Assembly (NCBI GenBank): GCA_030390025.1
Contig: CM059432.1
Span: forward strand, 123,382,001-123,446,000
DNA: 64,000 nucleotides
Source: Squalus acanthias
Lineage: Eukaryota
Direction: 5' to 3'
Below, piece by piece: positions 11,154-22,926 of this stretch; the first letter of the stretch is position 1; every line of letters begins with the position of its first letter. Below the pieces are notes generated by a model. That model was not told the DNA's origin, did not search any database, and saw only the letters and a program-made list of their open reading frames with translations. The translations under genes and the position numbers were made by a program.

Positions 11154-11230
11154 GCGCCCCCCCCCAGCCCCACACCGATTGATAACGTTCCAGTCTTCCG
11201 GTCGTTGGAAGCGCCAGGCGGTAAGGCAGG

Positions 11231-11369
11231 GGTGTGGTCTCACCAAAGCCCTGTACAATTGTAGCAAGACTTCCTTACTCTTATAATCCAACCCCCTTGC
11301 AATAAATGCCAACATGCCATTTGCCTTCCTTATTGCTTGCTGTACCTGCATGCTAACTCTGTGTTTCAT
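11231..11369 (-). mobile_element. Continuation of the CR1 LINE split by the Harbinger
   Basis: On the minus strand it encodes KANGMLAFIARGLDYKSKEVLLQLYRALVRPH, colinear with 6717-7274. Confidence 0.9.
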
Positions 11370-11527
11370 AGGGGCGATGAGGGTGGGGAACACCATTTAG
11401 GCTCTCAAGTGATTGTTATGTGATCTGTTACATTAAATAAAATTCAGGGCCAGCTTGATCACCTTCTGATCACTCAGACGTGTGGCAGGCCTCAATGGTC
11501 CAATAATACACGCACCAGCACTGATAT

Positions 11528-12692
11528 ACATAGAAACATAGAAGATAGGAGCAGGAGTAGGCCATTTGGCCCCTCGAGCTTGTTCCGCCATTCAATGCGA
11601 TCATGGCTGATCATCCAAATTCAGTACCCTGTCCCTGCTTTCTCCCCATATCCCTTGATCCCTTTAGCCTTAAGAAATATATCTATCTGCTTCTTGAATA
11701 TATTTAATGAATTGGCCTCAACTGCCTTCTGTGGTAGAGAATTCCACAGGTTCACCACTCTCTGGGTGAAGAAATTCCTCCTCATCTCAGTCCTAAATGG
11801 CTTACCCCTTATCCTTAGATTGTGACCCCTGGTTCTGGACTCCCCGCCATCGGGAACATCCTTCCTGCATCTAGTCTGTCTAGTCCTGTTAGAATTTTAT
11901 AAGTTTCAATGAGATCCCCTCTCATTCTTCTAAACTCTAGCGAATATAAGCCTAATTGACCCAATCTCTCTTCATACGTCATTCCTGCCATCCCAGGTTT
12001 CAGTCTGTTGAATCTTCGCTGCACTCCCTCCATGGCAAGAACATCCTTCCTCAGATAAGGTGACCAAAACTGCACACAATACTCAAGGTGTGGTCTCACC
12101 AAGGCCCTGTACAACTGCAGCAAGACATCCTTGCTCCTGTACTCGAATCCTCTCGCTATGAAGGCCAACATACCATTTGCCTTCTTAACCACCTGCTGCA
12201 CCTGCATGCTTACCTTCAGAGACTGGTGCACAAGGACACCCAGGTCTCGTTGCACCTCCCCTTTTCCCAATCTATTGCCGTTCAGATAATAATCTGTCTT
12301 CCTGTTTTTGCCACCAAAGTGGATAACCTCGCATTTATCCACATTATACTGCAGCTGCCATGCATCTGCCCAATCGCCCAACCTGTCCAAATCATACTGG
12401 AGTTTCTCTGCATCCTCCTCACAGCACACACGCCCACCCAGCTTTGTGTCGTCTGCAAACTTGGAGATATTACATCTAGTTCCCTCATCTAGATCATTAA
12501 TATATATTGTGAATAGCTGGGGTCCTAGCACCAATCCCTGCGGTACCCCACTAGTCACTGCTTGCCACTCGGAAAAAGACCCGTTTATTCCAACTCTTTG
12601 CTTCCTGTCTGCCAACCAGTTCTCTATCCAAGTCAGTACCTTACCCCCAATCCCATGTGCTTTAACTTTGCACGCTAATCTCTTATGCGGGA
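11528..12692 (-). mobile_element. CR1-clade LINE, 5'-truncated (RT C-terminal half)
   Basis: ORF 11815-12750 contains SGVPQG..LGPQLF, KFADD and LVRPHLEYCVQFWSP; (ATAGAAAC)n tail. Confidence 0.93.
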
Positions 12693-13017
12693 TCTCATCA
12701 GTCCTAAAGTCAATGGAGACTATTATATCTTCTCTCTCAACAGTTCCCATAAATAGATTTTATCCTTACAACATGGAAACTGTACCTTTTTTAAACTCAG
12801 TCCCTGCACAGATATGTACTTGAGGGATTAACAATTACCTTATCTCCAGTACACTTCTTATTGGATTAATGTAGATTCTCTCTATGCTACCCAAATTCCT
12901 TCAAAATTGTGCATATTATCACACATACCAAAGATGGCAGACCAGAACAACAATACATCAATTTACAATGAAACAATAAGATCAGTATAGAAATTCCACA
13001 CATATCAAAAATACAAT

Positions 13018-14479
13018 GGGGGAAAAATTCAGTTGGTTGCGCCTCCCGTTAGCGCCTTAAGAGGGCGCTAATGGGGCGCAAAGCATCTAGCGCCCGGGCG
13101 CGGCGAAGTTTGCGCCGCTCACGAAATTAACTAGACATTTTGCAGGCGGCGCTAAACACTACCGCCACGATCTCCTGCGCCGGCAGATCATGACGTCACT
13201 CGAGTGCGCAACGTCCCGGTATCGCCCCGGAGCGGATATTGAGTGGCGCCCCCTGCCTTACCGCCTGACGCTAGCAACGACAGGTTGAGGGGAGCGTTCT
13301 GCAGTCATGAAGGGAAAGGGGGAGCGCTATTTAAAGGTGACCGCTTCCTGCCTTTTATTGTTGGTGCCATTTTTGAACTACGCATTCTGAGAGAGAGAGG
13401 GAGAGACTCTGGAGAGATTCAACGTTGTGTGAAGGAGTTTTGGGTACTGAGCAGCACTTTGCAGGTTCATTTTGATTTTCCATTCCTTGTATTGATTTAG
13501 CAGAGACTGTGGGGGCTGCACTCTGAGCTCTTTGCCTGGTATTCTCCATTGTTCTTTCCAGCACATTTGATGTACAAGTCTCTCCAGGCTGAGATTCAAG
13601 GCTGCAATGAGTAGGATGTGGATGGAAAGCAAGATTAACCATCCCCTTTAAGAACTGGCCCGTGCCATTGTGTGTGTTCCATTGCTGACTGACATTACAT
13701 GAGCTTCGCCAGCGCTCTGAGTTAGCGCCTCACTCCTCGGCCTTTGCGCCTTAAGACAGGTGTGCAGCGCCTGATTTAGCGCTCCACTCACCTCCCGGGG
13801 CGTTAAAAGTGAAGTTTCCAGTCAGTGGCGATAATTAGCGCCAGGCGCTAATTTTCGCCCGGGGCGCAGCGATGTTTGCGCCGCTCGCAAACTTAACTAG
13901 ACATTTTGCGGCAGCGCTAAACTTTATCGCCGCGATCTCCTGCGCCGGCAGATCATGACGTCACTCGAGTGCGCAACGCCCCGGTATCGCCCCGGAGCGG
14001 ATATTGAGTGGCGCCCCCTGCCTTACCGCCTGACGCTAGCAACGACAGGTTGAGGGGAGCGTTCTGCAGTCATGAAGGGAAAGGGGGAGCGCTATTTAAA
14101 GGTGTCCGCTTCCTGCCTTTTATTGTTGGTGCCATTTTTGAACTACGCATTCTGAGAGAGAGAGGGAGAGAATTCTGGAGAGATTCAACGTTGTGTGAAG
14201 GAGTTTTGGGTACTGAGCAGCACTTTGCAGGTTCATTTTGATTTGCCATTCCTTGTATCGATTTAGCAGAGACTGTGGGGGCTGCACTCTGAGCTCTTGG
14301 CCTGGTACTCTCCATTGTTCTTTCCAGCACATTTGATGTGCAGGTCTCTCCAGGTCAAAAGTGAAGTTTCCAGTCAGTGGCGATAATTAGCGCCAGGCGC
14401 TAATTTTTGCGCCAGGCGCTAATTTTTGCGCCCGGACGATATTTGCGCCCCAAACGGGGTGCGACTGAATTTTTCCCCC
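13018..14479 (-). mobile_element. Non-autonomous Harbinger, head-to-tail internal dimer
   Basis: Perfect 16-bp TIR GGGGGAAAAATTCAGT at 13018-13033 and 14464-14479. 13700-13860 is the reverse complement of 7330-7465. An internal block repeats at a 765-bp offset. Confidence 0.9.
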
Positions 14480-14571
14480 TCAATCTATTAAAGTCCAAGG
14501 GGATCTGCCAGTAACTCCAATATATCTAGACTTTATCTACTCTTGCCCAGATTCTCCAGCAGGTCCTTTGG

Positions 14572-14800
14572 GCTGTACTGTGTCTCTAAACTGACCCAGC
14601 TTACCCAGTATAATTATTGTGGTAACCCACTCCATTACTCCCCAGCAGGGTTTTCCATCCCCTGCCTCCTGCTTTCATGGCAATCAGGAATGGGAGAGGA
14701 CAATGGGAGATTGGCAGACCATCGCTGAACAGTGAGGGCCGGGGGTTCGCACAGCATTTATACCGACTGAGCTGGGTCAGGTTTAGGAACAAAGTACAGC
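14572..14800. mobile_element. MITE-like element with long imperfect inverted ends
   Basis: GCTGTACTGTGTCTCTAAACTGACCCAGCT.. versus ..AGCTGGGTCAGGTTTAGGAACAAAGTACAGC. A weaker outer inverted match lies at 14540-14560 / 14832-14852. Confidence 0.55.
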
Positions 14801-14857
14801 AATGTATAGAAGATTGAGAGAGTTGGAAAGCAGCTGGAGAGTCCAGGGCAGAGATTC

Positions 14858-15282
14858 AGGGAATGGAACCAGGGAATGGAATCAAGGAATGGAACCAGGG
14901 AGTGGAACCTGGGAATGGAACCAGGGAACGGAACCAGGGAGCGGAACCAGGGAACGGAACCAGGGCAGCGAACCAGGGAATGGAACCAGGGAATGGAACC
15001 AGGGAATGGAACCAGGGCAGGGAACCAGGGCAGGGAACCAGGGAATGGAACCAGGGAATGGAACCAGGGCAGGGAACCAGGGCAGGGAACCAGGGAATGG
15101 AACCAGGGCAGGGAACCAGGGATTGGAACCAGGGCAGGGAACCAGGGAATGGAACCAGGGCAGGGAACCAGGGATTGGAACCAGGGCAGGGAACCAGGGC
15201 AGGGAACCAGGGCAGGGAACCAGGGAATGGAACCAGGGAATGGAACCAGGGAACGGAACCAGGGAACGGCACCAGGGCAGCA
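14858..15282 (+). repeat. 13-bp purine-rich minisatellite (GGAACCAGGG-AAT/CAG/AAC)
   Basis: About 32 tandem units, directly visible. Confidence 0.95.
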
Positions 15283-15444
15283 GTAGGTAAGGGCAGCTCA
15301 GTATAACCACAAAATTACTTTGATATTTCAAAGTACAATTTCATCCTCGGGACTAGGACCATATCAAAGCATCAATATAGTGAGATATTCAATGCATTAA
15401 ATCCTCAGAGAATATGTAAAAGAAAGTCCATAATAGGTCAATTA

Positions 15445-16243
15445 GCCTTTGTACTCTGTTCCCTAGTCATTGACTCCATCCCTCTCCCTAATATCTGTCT
15501 GAGGCTGAACCACACTTTTCGCAACCTTGGTGTCATATTTGACCCTGAAATGAGCTTCCGACCACATATCCGCAGCATAACAAAGACCGCCTATTTCCAC
15601 CATCGTCACATTGCCCGTCTCCATCCTTGCCTCAGTTCATCCGCTGCTGAAACCCTCATCCATGTCTTTGTTACCTCTAGACTTGACTATTTCAATGCAC
15701 TCCTGGCTGGCCTCCCACATTCTACCCTACGTAAACTTGAGGTCATCCAAAACTCGGCTGCCCGTGTCCTAACTCGTACCAAGTCCCGTTTGCCCATCTC
15801 CCCTGTGCTCACTGACCTACATTGGCTAAGCAACGCCTTGATTTCAAAATTCTCATCCTTGTTTTCAAATCCCTCCATGGCCTCGTCTCTCCCTATCCCT
15901 GTAATCTCCTTCAGCCCCACAATCCCTCGAGATATCTGCGCTCCTCTAATTCTGCCCTCTTGAGCATCCCTGATTATAATCGCTCAACCATTGGCGGCCG
16001 TGCCTTCTGTTGCCTTGGCCCTAAGCTCTGGAATTCCCTGCCTAAATCTGTCCGCCTCACTACCTCTCTTTCCTCCTTTAAGACGCTCCTTAAAAATTAC
16101 CTCTTTGACCAAACTTTTGGTCACCTGCCCTAATTTATCCTTATGTGGCTCGGTGTCAATTTTTTGTCTTAAAATACTCCTGTGCAGCGCCTTGGGAAGT
16201 TTTACTACGCTAAAGGCGCTATATAAATACAAGTTGTTGTTAT
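15445..16243 (+). mobile_element. L2-clade LINE 3' fragment
   Basis: ORFs 15550 and 15822 (AETLIHVFVTSRLDY..LHWL; GGRAF..PKLWNSLP); tail GGCGCTATATAAATACAAG(TTG)n. Confidence 0.9.
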
Positions 16244-16338
16244 TGGAAGAACATCTTCAGATGGAATACATAAACCTCAGCAGCTTCAATAAATAGAATA
16301 CTGATTTCTATCCGGTTCATATTCTGGTAATTCTTTCT

Positions 16339-18697
16339 GGGGGTGAAATTCGATTAAGCTCTAAAACGGGCGCAGGGATTGCGATGCGCGATCTGCCCGC
16401 GCCTGTTGAAAGGAGTTCAGGCAACATGTAAAGTTTGTGCTGCCTGCTACCTTGCATGGTTGCAGCGCACAGCCTGGCACTGGAGCCATGTCCTGGGGGC
16501 AACACTGCTGGCAGTGATCGCCTCGGTGATCTGGTCCCACATCCTTCTCACAGTGTTCCTGGAGGGCCGCCTGACAGGCTTTGCACTCAGCAGGGGGTCC
16601 GAAGTTCGCGATGTTTGAGCGAGGCTACCTTTACTTAAAGCTATTCTGTGCCTCCTAAAGGCAGCCTGCATCTCTTAAAGGTGAGCTGCCTTCTGGTGAT
16701 GAAAAATTCTAAAACTGCTTGACCACAAACCAAAATGGCTCAACAGGCCAGGGAAAGGGCACCCAGGGACTTGGACACAGCATTCGAGGCCTTTGTGTAG
16801 GGGGTGAACACTCGAAGAGAGGTCCTCTACCCACAGAGGGCCAGGAGGCCCTCCAGAAACATTAAGAAGGATGTGGGACCAGATCACCGAGTGATCACTG
16901 CCAGCAGTGTCGCCCCCCAGGATATGGCTCCAGTGCCCAAAGAAGTTTAATGACCTCAGACGAGTGGTCAAGGTCAGTGAATGCATCTTCAAAAGCCATC
17001 TCATACCAACTGCACCACTAGCCTCACACACTGCTCAATGCACGACTTCCCCATCACTCACCTACCAACAATCTCTACCAAACACGACTCACACCTCACG
17101 TTCATAGCTTCACCTCACCCTCACACACTTAGCACTGCTACAAGCCTCACACCCACATCTCACAGCTTGAACACACTGTCAGTTATTCAACCACGACAGC
17201 CACATCACCCAAACACATTACGCCACACTCACTGACACACTCCCCCTTCTCTTGCAGGAAAAGGTGGCACATAACTGCCTCCAGCAGACCTTAACCGGCG
17301 GGGGACAGGCTCGCCTGCAGAACCTCAACTCCTTGGAAGAGACGGTGCTGGTCATTCTTGGCAGGGGTATGGGTGAGCCCGTGGCCAGCTGCGGGGCTGA
17401 AAGAATACAAGATGCCGGTATCCTCATACGTTATTCTCCTCCTCACATCCCACTTCCCCCTCATCCCACAATCTCTTCTGATTTACAAGCTGTACATGGT
17501 ATAAGCATGCACCTCATGCTTTCCTCCATTCCCCTCACCACAACCCTACCCACGTGCCTTTCTCATTTCAGACACCGAAGAAATCTAGACTGCCCAGCCA
17601 GTAGTTGAACAAGAAGAGGGAGAAGAGAGTAAAGAAGAAGAAGAAACACTGTCACTCGATTTCACACTCCCAGCCACCAGTACCTCGAGGTCGTCCTACA
17701 AGGCTATCTGCAATGTAAATGTTTTTATTTCAGCATTATGGCCAAGAGGACGCTGTGATAGTCAGTAACCGAGGGAAGGTAAAGGTGTGGGACAAATGTT
17801 GAAAGGGGAATTGGGGTTGTGGTCACTGGTACCGCAGGCGGATGATTCCATCCCGGATATCCTGGTTTGATGCACAACCTGCCATTTTGGACGTCGCCGC
17901 TCCATTCAACGCCCTCTCCAAATCACGAACAGCTGAATATGCGTTCAGCAGCAGGAAGGATACCCCCGCACCCCCACCAGCACTACTTAAAGGGACAGAA
18001 AGGGGTTGTCTGGGTTGCCTCTTTCCTTCTGCTTCTTCCTCTTCCGCTTCCTTCTCCTCCTCCCTCTGCGAGCAGCTTGTCTCCTTTGCTGCCTCTGCTC
18101 CATCTCCATGTCATGCTGCAGCCCAAGGGGGACTGCAACTGGAGCCCCCAGGACTGGGAGCAAGTGGTGTTCTCACAGGTCTTCCATTAAGAGCCAAAGC
18201 CTTGCAAACATCCAGCAGCACTCCCTGCACTCCCTGCACATTTTAACAACTTTTTAAATGTCTTGCACCAAGCCACTACTCAAATAAACTGTACAGGAAC
18301 CAGTACAAAAGCAAAAATCAAAACTTACCTCAAAATTGATTGTGTCCCTTTAAGTAGTGCTGGTGGGGTCGGGGGGGGGGGTGGTGGGGTGGGTGCGGGG
18401 GTGTCCTTCCTGCTGCTGAATGCATATTCAGCTGTTCGTGATTTGGAGAGGGCGTTGAATGGAGCGGCGACGTCCAAAATGGCAGGTTGGGCGTCAAACC
18501 AGCGTTGCGCACTGATTGATGTCACGATCTGCCTCATTGCCATTTTTCTAGCGAACGCAGGCAATGGCCACGCTGCTGACCTTTGCAAATTGGCGGCGGC
18601 CACGGGCCGCGCCAGAAGTGGGCGGAAGTGAGCCGGCCACCATTTATTTGCAGAAACCAGCCTTTACAGCCGGCGCTAAGGTGCAGAATTCCATGGC
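16339..18697 (+). mobile_element. Degenerate Harbinger derivative (Myb remnant plus transposase termini) with two internal inverted duplications
   Basis: Left end GGGGGTGAAATTC. Myb remnant at 16735-17420 (WLQCPKKFNDLRRVVK|GTCAGT; EKVAHN..LTGGG). The right end ..GAATTCCATGGCC is approximate. Confidence 0.75.
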
Positions 18698-18845
18698 CTC
18701 TGTATTATCATATTGTATTGTGTGATTTCCCTCAAGCAGGAAGAGAAGGACAACCTTTTTATCTCATTAAGTACCAAAATTCAAATTTCAGAATTTGCGT
18801 GTCGAATCCAACAATTCAGTTACCTGCTTTGATTTAGGAAATCAA

Positions 18846-20050
18846 CATACATTTATATAGCACCTTTAATGTTGATAAAATGAAAAATACAGATGCCAAA
18901 AGCATCGAAGAAGTTATTAGAAGGGGTTTGATTAAAGAGGTGGGTTTTAAGGAGGGTTTTAAAGGAGGAAAGGTGGAGTGGCGGAAAGGTTTAAGGGGGG
19001 AATTCCAGAGCGTGGGTCCTGAAGAAACAGCCATCTACGGTGGGTGAATGCATAAGAGGCCAGGTTCAGAGGAACAGAGAGATTGGGGCAGTTGTAGTGC
19101 TGGAGGAGGTTACAGTGATAGGGAGGGGCGAGGCCAGGAAGGGTTTTAAGCTGGAGGATGACATTTCTTTTTCATTTGAGGCACGTGGGCACTGAGAGCC
19201 AATGTATGTCAGCCAGGAATAAGGTGATGGGGAAACGGGACTTGGTGGAGAATAGGATACAGGCAGCAGAGTTTAGATGAGCTGCAGTTCAGAGAGGGTG
19301 GAAGATAGGATGCCAACCAGCAGAGTATTGGAGTAGTCGAATCTGGAGGTGACAAAGGCATGAATGAGGGTTTCAGCAGCAGATGGGCTGAGGTAAGGTG
19401 GGAAGCAGGTGATGTTACAGAGTTAAGCAGTCTTTGTGATGGAGAGAATGTGGGGTCAGAGGCTCGGCTCGGGGTTATATAGGATGCTGAGGTCACGAAC
19501 ATTCTATTCCAACCTAAGGCAATGGCCAGGGAGGGGGATGGAATTGATGGCCAGGGTACAGAGTTTGTGACGGGGGCTGAGGACGATGGTTTTGATCTTC
19601 TCAGTGATTAGTTGGAGGAAATTGTGGCTCATCTAGGACTGAATGACAGACAAGCGATCTGAAACACAAAAGCAGTGGAGGGATCGAGAGAGGTGGTGGA
19701 GAGGAAGAGCTGGATGTCGCCAACGTACTCGTGGAAGCTGACCCTGTGTCTGTGGGTGATGTCGGCAAAGGGCAGTATATAGATGAGGAAGAGGAGGGGG
19801 GCCAAAGATAGACCTTTGAGGGACTTCAGATGTAATGGTGCTGGGGCCAGAAGAGAAGCCATTGCTCGAGATTCTCTGGGTATGACTGGTTGGTTAAGAG
19901 TGGAACCAAGTGAGGCAAGTCCACTGGGCTGGACAACGGAGGAGAGTCTTTGGAGGAGGATGGTTTGGTCGTCTGTGCCAAAGGCTTCAGCGAGGCCGAG
20001 GAGTATGAGGTGGATAATGCACCATGGTCACAGCCGCAGTGACAGAGAAT
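18846..20050 (-). mobile_element. L2-clade LINE, decayed
   Basis: Minus-strand fragments PLLFLIYILP..FHEYVGDIQLF (YADD-like) and LWNSP; L2 tail at about 18846. Confidence 0.8.
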
Positions 20051-20799
20051 GTTATTTGTTACTTCGGCTTGGGCAGAAATTTGGGAACTGTAAGAAAGAC
20101 CATGGAGGTAGAGAAAGGCAGGGCTGAGAATTCACAGGAGATAGCTAGGAGATAAAGGGTCAGTTCTAAGAGATATCAGAATAGAATTAGTAGCCAGAAA
20201 AAGACAAGTAGGAGATACTGAAGACAATAAAAAGCAGAAAGTCAGGTAAAGAAAGGGCAGTGATGAGGCAGAAACAACGAGAAATGGGATCTGAAAATAA
20301 AAGCTCGAAAAAGAGCCGAAGAAATAAAATTGGGGAAGAGAAGTGAAACTATAAAACAAATTGAAGCACAAACTATGGACTTGCATTAGTTCAGCTCATT
20401 AAACTTTAGTTTTATCCCTGATTTTTCACAGTTTTTACCTCAAGTGTGGTCACTAATTGGAGGTATGAGTACAGGGCATAGACATTTCCATGACAACCAC
20501 CAACGATGCTCCGTAATTGGCAAATCTGAGGTACATCTTTTGTGGGTAGCCATTAGAACAGTTCTGTTCTTCCCACCCACCCATAAATGGATAAAAGCCT
20601 TTCTTCTTAATAATACAGCATCGCCGGCTTAAATGGGAGTGTAAGGGTACCGAGCAAAGTTTGAGGATGTTATCGTCCTGTTAATGCCAGGCGAGGCCAC
20701 TCAAAAATAACCCCTTTGTGTGAAGGAAAATCTCCCGATACCAGTCTAAAATTTGCCATTTACTAGTTTAAATCTGTGGCTCCTTGTTGTATTCTCACA

Positions 20800-22583
20800 A
20801 TCCCGTCTTCACACTGAGGGCACCCTCCATCGTGTTATGCCACTACCACCGTGCTAAATGGGATAGATTCAGAACAGATCCAGCAGCTCAAAACTGGGCA
20901 TCCATGAGGCGCTGTGGGCCATCAGCAGCAGCAGAATTGTATTCCACCACAATCTGTAACCTCATGGCCCAGCATATCCCTCACTCTACCATTACCATCA
21001 AGCCAGGGAACCAACCCTGGTTCAATAGGAGTGTAGAAGAGCATGCCAGGAGCAGCACCAGGCGTACCTAAAAATGAGGTGCCAAACTGGGGAAGCTGCA
21101 GCACAGGACTACATGCATACTAAACAGCGGAAGCAGCATGCTATAGACAGAGCTAAGTGATCCCACAATCAACGGATCTGATCAAAGCTCTGCAGTCCTG
21201 CCACATTCAGTCATGATTGGTGGTGGACCATTAAACAACTAACGGGAAGAGGAGGACGTTCCATGAACATGCACATCCTCAAAGATGGCAGAGCCCAGCA
21301 TATGAGTGCAAAAGACAAGGATGAAGTGTTTGCAACCATCTTCAGCCAGAAGTGCCAAGTGGATGGTTCATCTTGGCCTCCTCCTGAAGTACCCACCATC
21401 ACAGAAGCCAGTATTCAGCCAATTCGATTCACTCCACGTGATATCAAGAAACAACTGAGCGCACTGGATACATGGGCCCTGACAACATCCCGGCTGTCGT
21501 GCTGAAGACCTGTGCTCCAGAACTAACTGTGCCTCTAGCAAAGATGTTCCATTACAACTGCAACACTGGCATCTACCCAACAAAGTGGAAAATTGCCCAG
21601 GTATGCCCTGTCCACAAAAAGCAGGACAAATCCAATCCGGCCAATTAACGCCCCATCAGTCTATTCTCAATCATCAGTTAAGTAATAGAAGGGGTCGATG
21701 TTCACTGATGATTGCACAATGTTCAGTTCCATTCGCAACTCCTCAGATAATGAAGCACTCCGTGCCCGCATGCAGCAAGACCTGGACAATATTCAGGCTT
21801 GGGCTGATAAGTGGCAAGTAACATTCGCGCCACACAAGTACCAGGCAATGACTATCCCAAAAAGAGGGAGTCTAACCACCTCCCCTAAGATTCAACAGCA
21901 TTACCATTGTCGAATCCTCCACCATCAACATCCTGAGAGTCACCATTGACCAGAAACCTAACTGGACCAGCCACATAATACAGTGGCTACAAGAGCAGGT
22001 CAGAGGCTCGGTATTCTGCGGCAAGTGACTCACCTCCGGACTCCCCAAAGCCTTTCCACCATCTACTAGGCACAAGTCAGGCGTGTGATGGAATACTCTT
22101 CACTTGCCTGGATGAGTGCAGCTCCAACACACTCAAGAAGCTCGACACCATCCAGAACAAAGCAGCCCGCTTGATTGGCACCCCATCCACCACCTTAAAC
22201 ATTCACTCCCTCCACCACCGGCATACCGTGGCTGCAGTGTGTACCACCTACAAGATGCACTGCAGCAACTCGCCAATACTTCTTCGCCAGCACCTCCCAA
22301 ACCCGCAACCTCCAACACCTAGAAGGACAAGAACAGCAAGCGCATGGGAACACCACCACCTCCAAGTTTTCCTCCAAGTCACACACCATCCTGATTTGGA
22401 AATATATCGCAGTTCCTTCATCGTCGCTGGGTCAAAATCTTGGAACTCCCTCCCTAACAGCACTGTGGGAGTGCTTTCATCACAGGGACTGCAGGAGTTC
22501 AAGAAGGCAGCTCATCACCACCTTCTCAAGGGCAATTAGGGATGCTGGCCTTCCCAGAGACACCCATATTCTGTGAATAAATT
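20800..22583 (+). mobile_element. CR1/L2-group non-LTR retrotransposon ORF2 remnant with internal RT deletion
   Basis: QPWFN, a jump from SIISK-like sequence to MFTDD at about 21698, DLDNIQAWADKWQVTF, AGSKSWNSLP; tail ..CTTCTCAAGGGCAATTAGGGATG. Multiple stops and frameshifts. Confidence 0.8.
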
Positions 22584-22825
22584 TTAAAAATCGGTTGTCG
22601 CCCAACTTCAGGAGCGAATCCAGTGACAACCATGATCTGCCATGCTGAAATTGCTGGGCAAGTGGACCACACAAAATTTATCCTCCTGAGAGCGGGTTGG
22701 CTGCCCGACCCTTGTCTCGCCTCCTGGGTTGGAGGCGGGTTAGGGTCATGTTTGAGATTTTTTAAATTTTAACCTCTGACCTGACCCCAACCCACCCGTT
22801 TTTGGGTGCTAAAACCCAGCCCATT

Positions 22826-22926
22826 ATCTCGGTTTCTCGCTCCACAGATGCTGCCTGACCTGCTGAGTGTTTCCAGTACCTTCTGGTTTTATTTTAGATT
22901 TCCAGCATCTGCAGTATTTTGCTTTA
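22826..22926 (+). mobile_element. Penelope-like element terminal fragment
   Basis: CCACAGATGCTGCCTGACCTGCTGAG..TTTCCAGCATCTGCAGTATTTTGC, the same tail as at 41640-41699 and 58503-58600. Confidence 0.6.

Larger units (their letters stand above)
7275..11230 (+). mobile_element. PIF/Harbinger DNA transposon with both genes intact and the right terminus deleted
   Basis: Left end GGGGTAGAAATT after CR1 ..CTCCAG. Contains convergent Myb/SANT and DDE transposase genes. The right side ends at ..GGCGGTAAGGCAGG and runs into CR1 GGTGTGGTCTCACC without the terminal segment seen in related copies. Confidence 0.9.

Noticed and set aside
14802..15331. Repetitive ORFs (NQGREPG..) in several frames
   Set aside because: They are translations of the 13-bp minisatellite.
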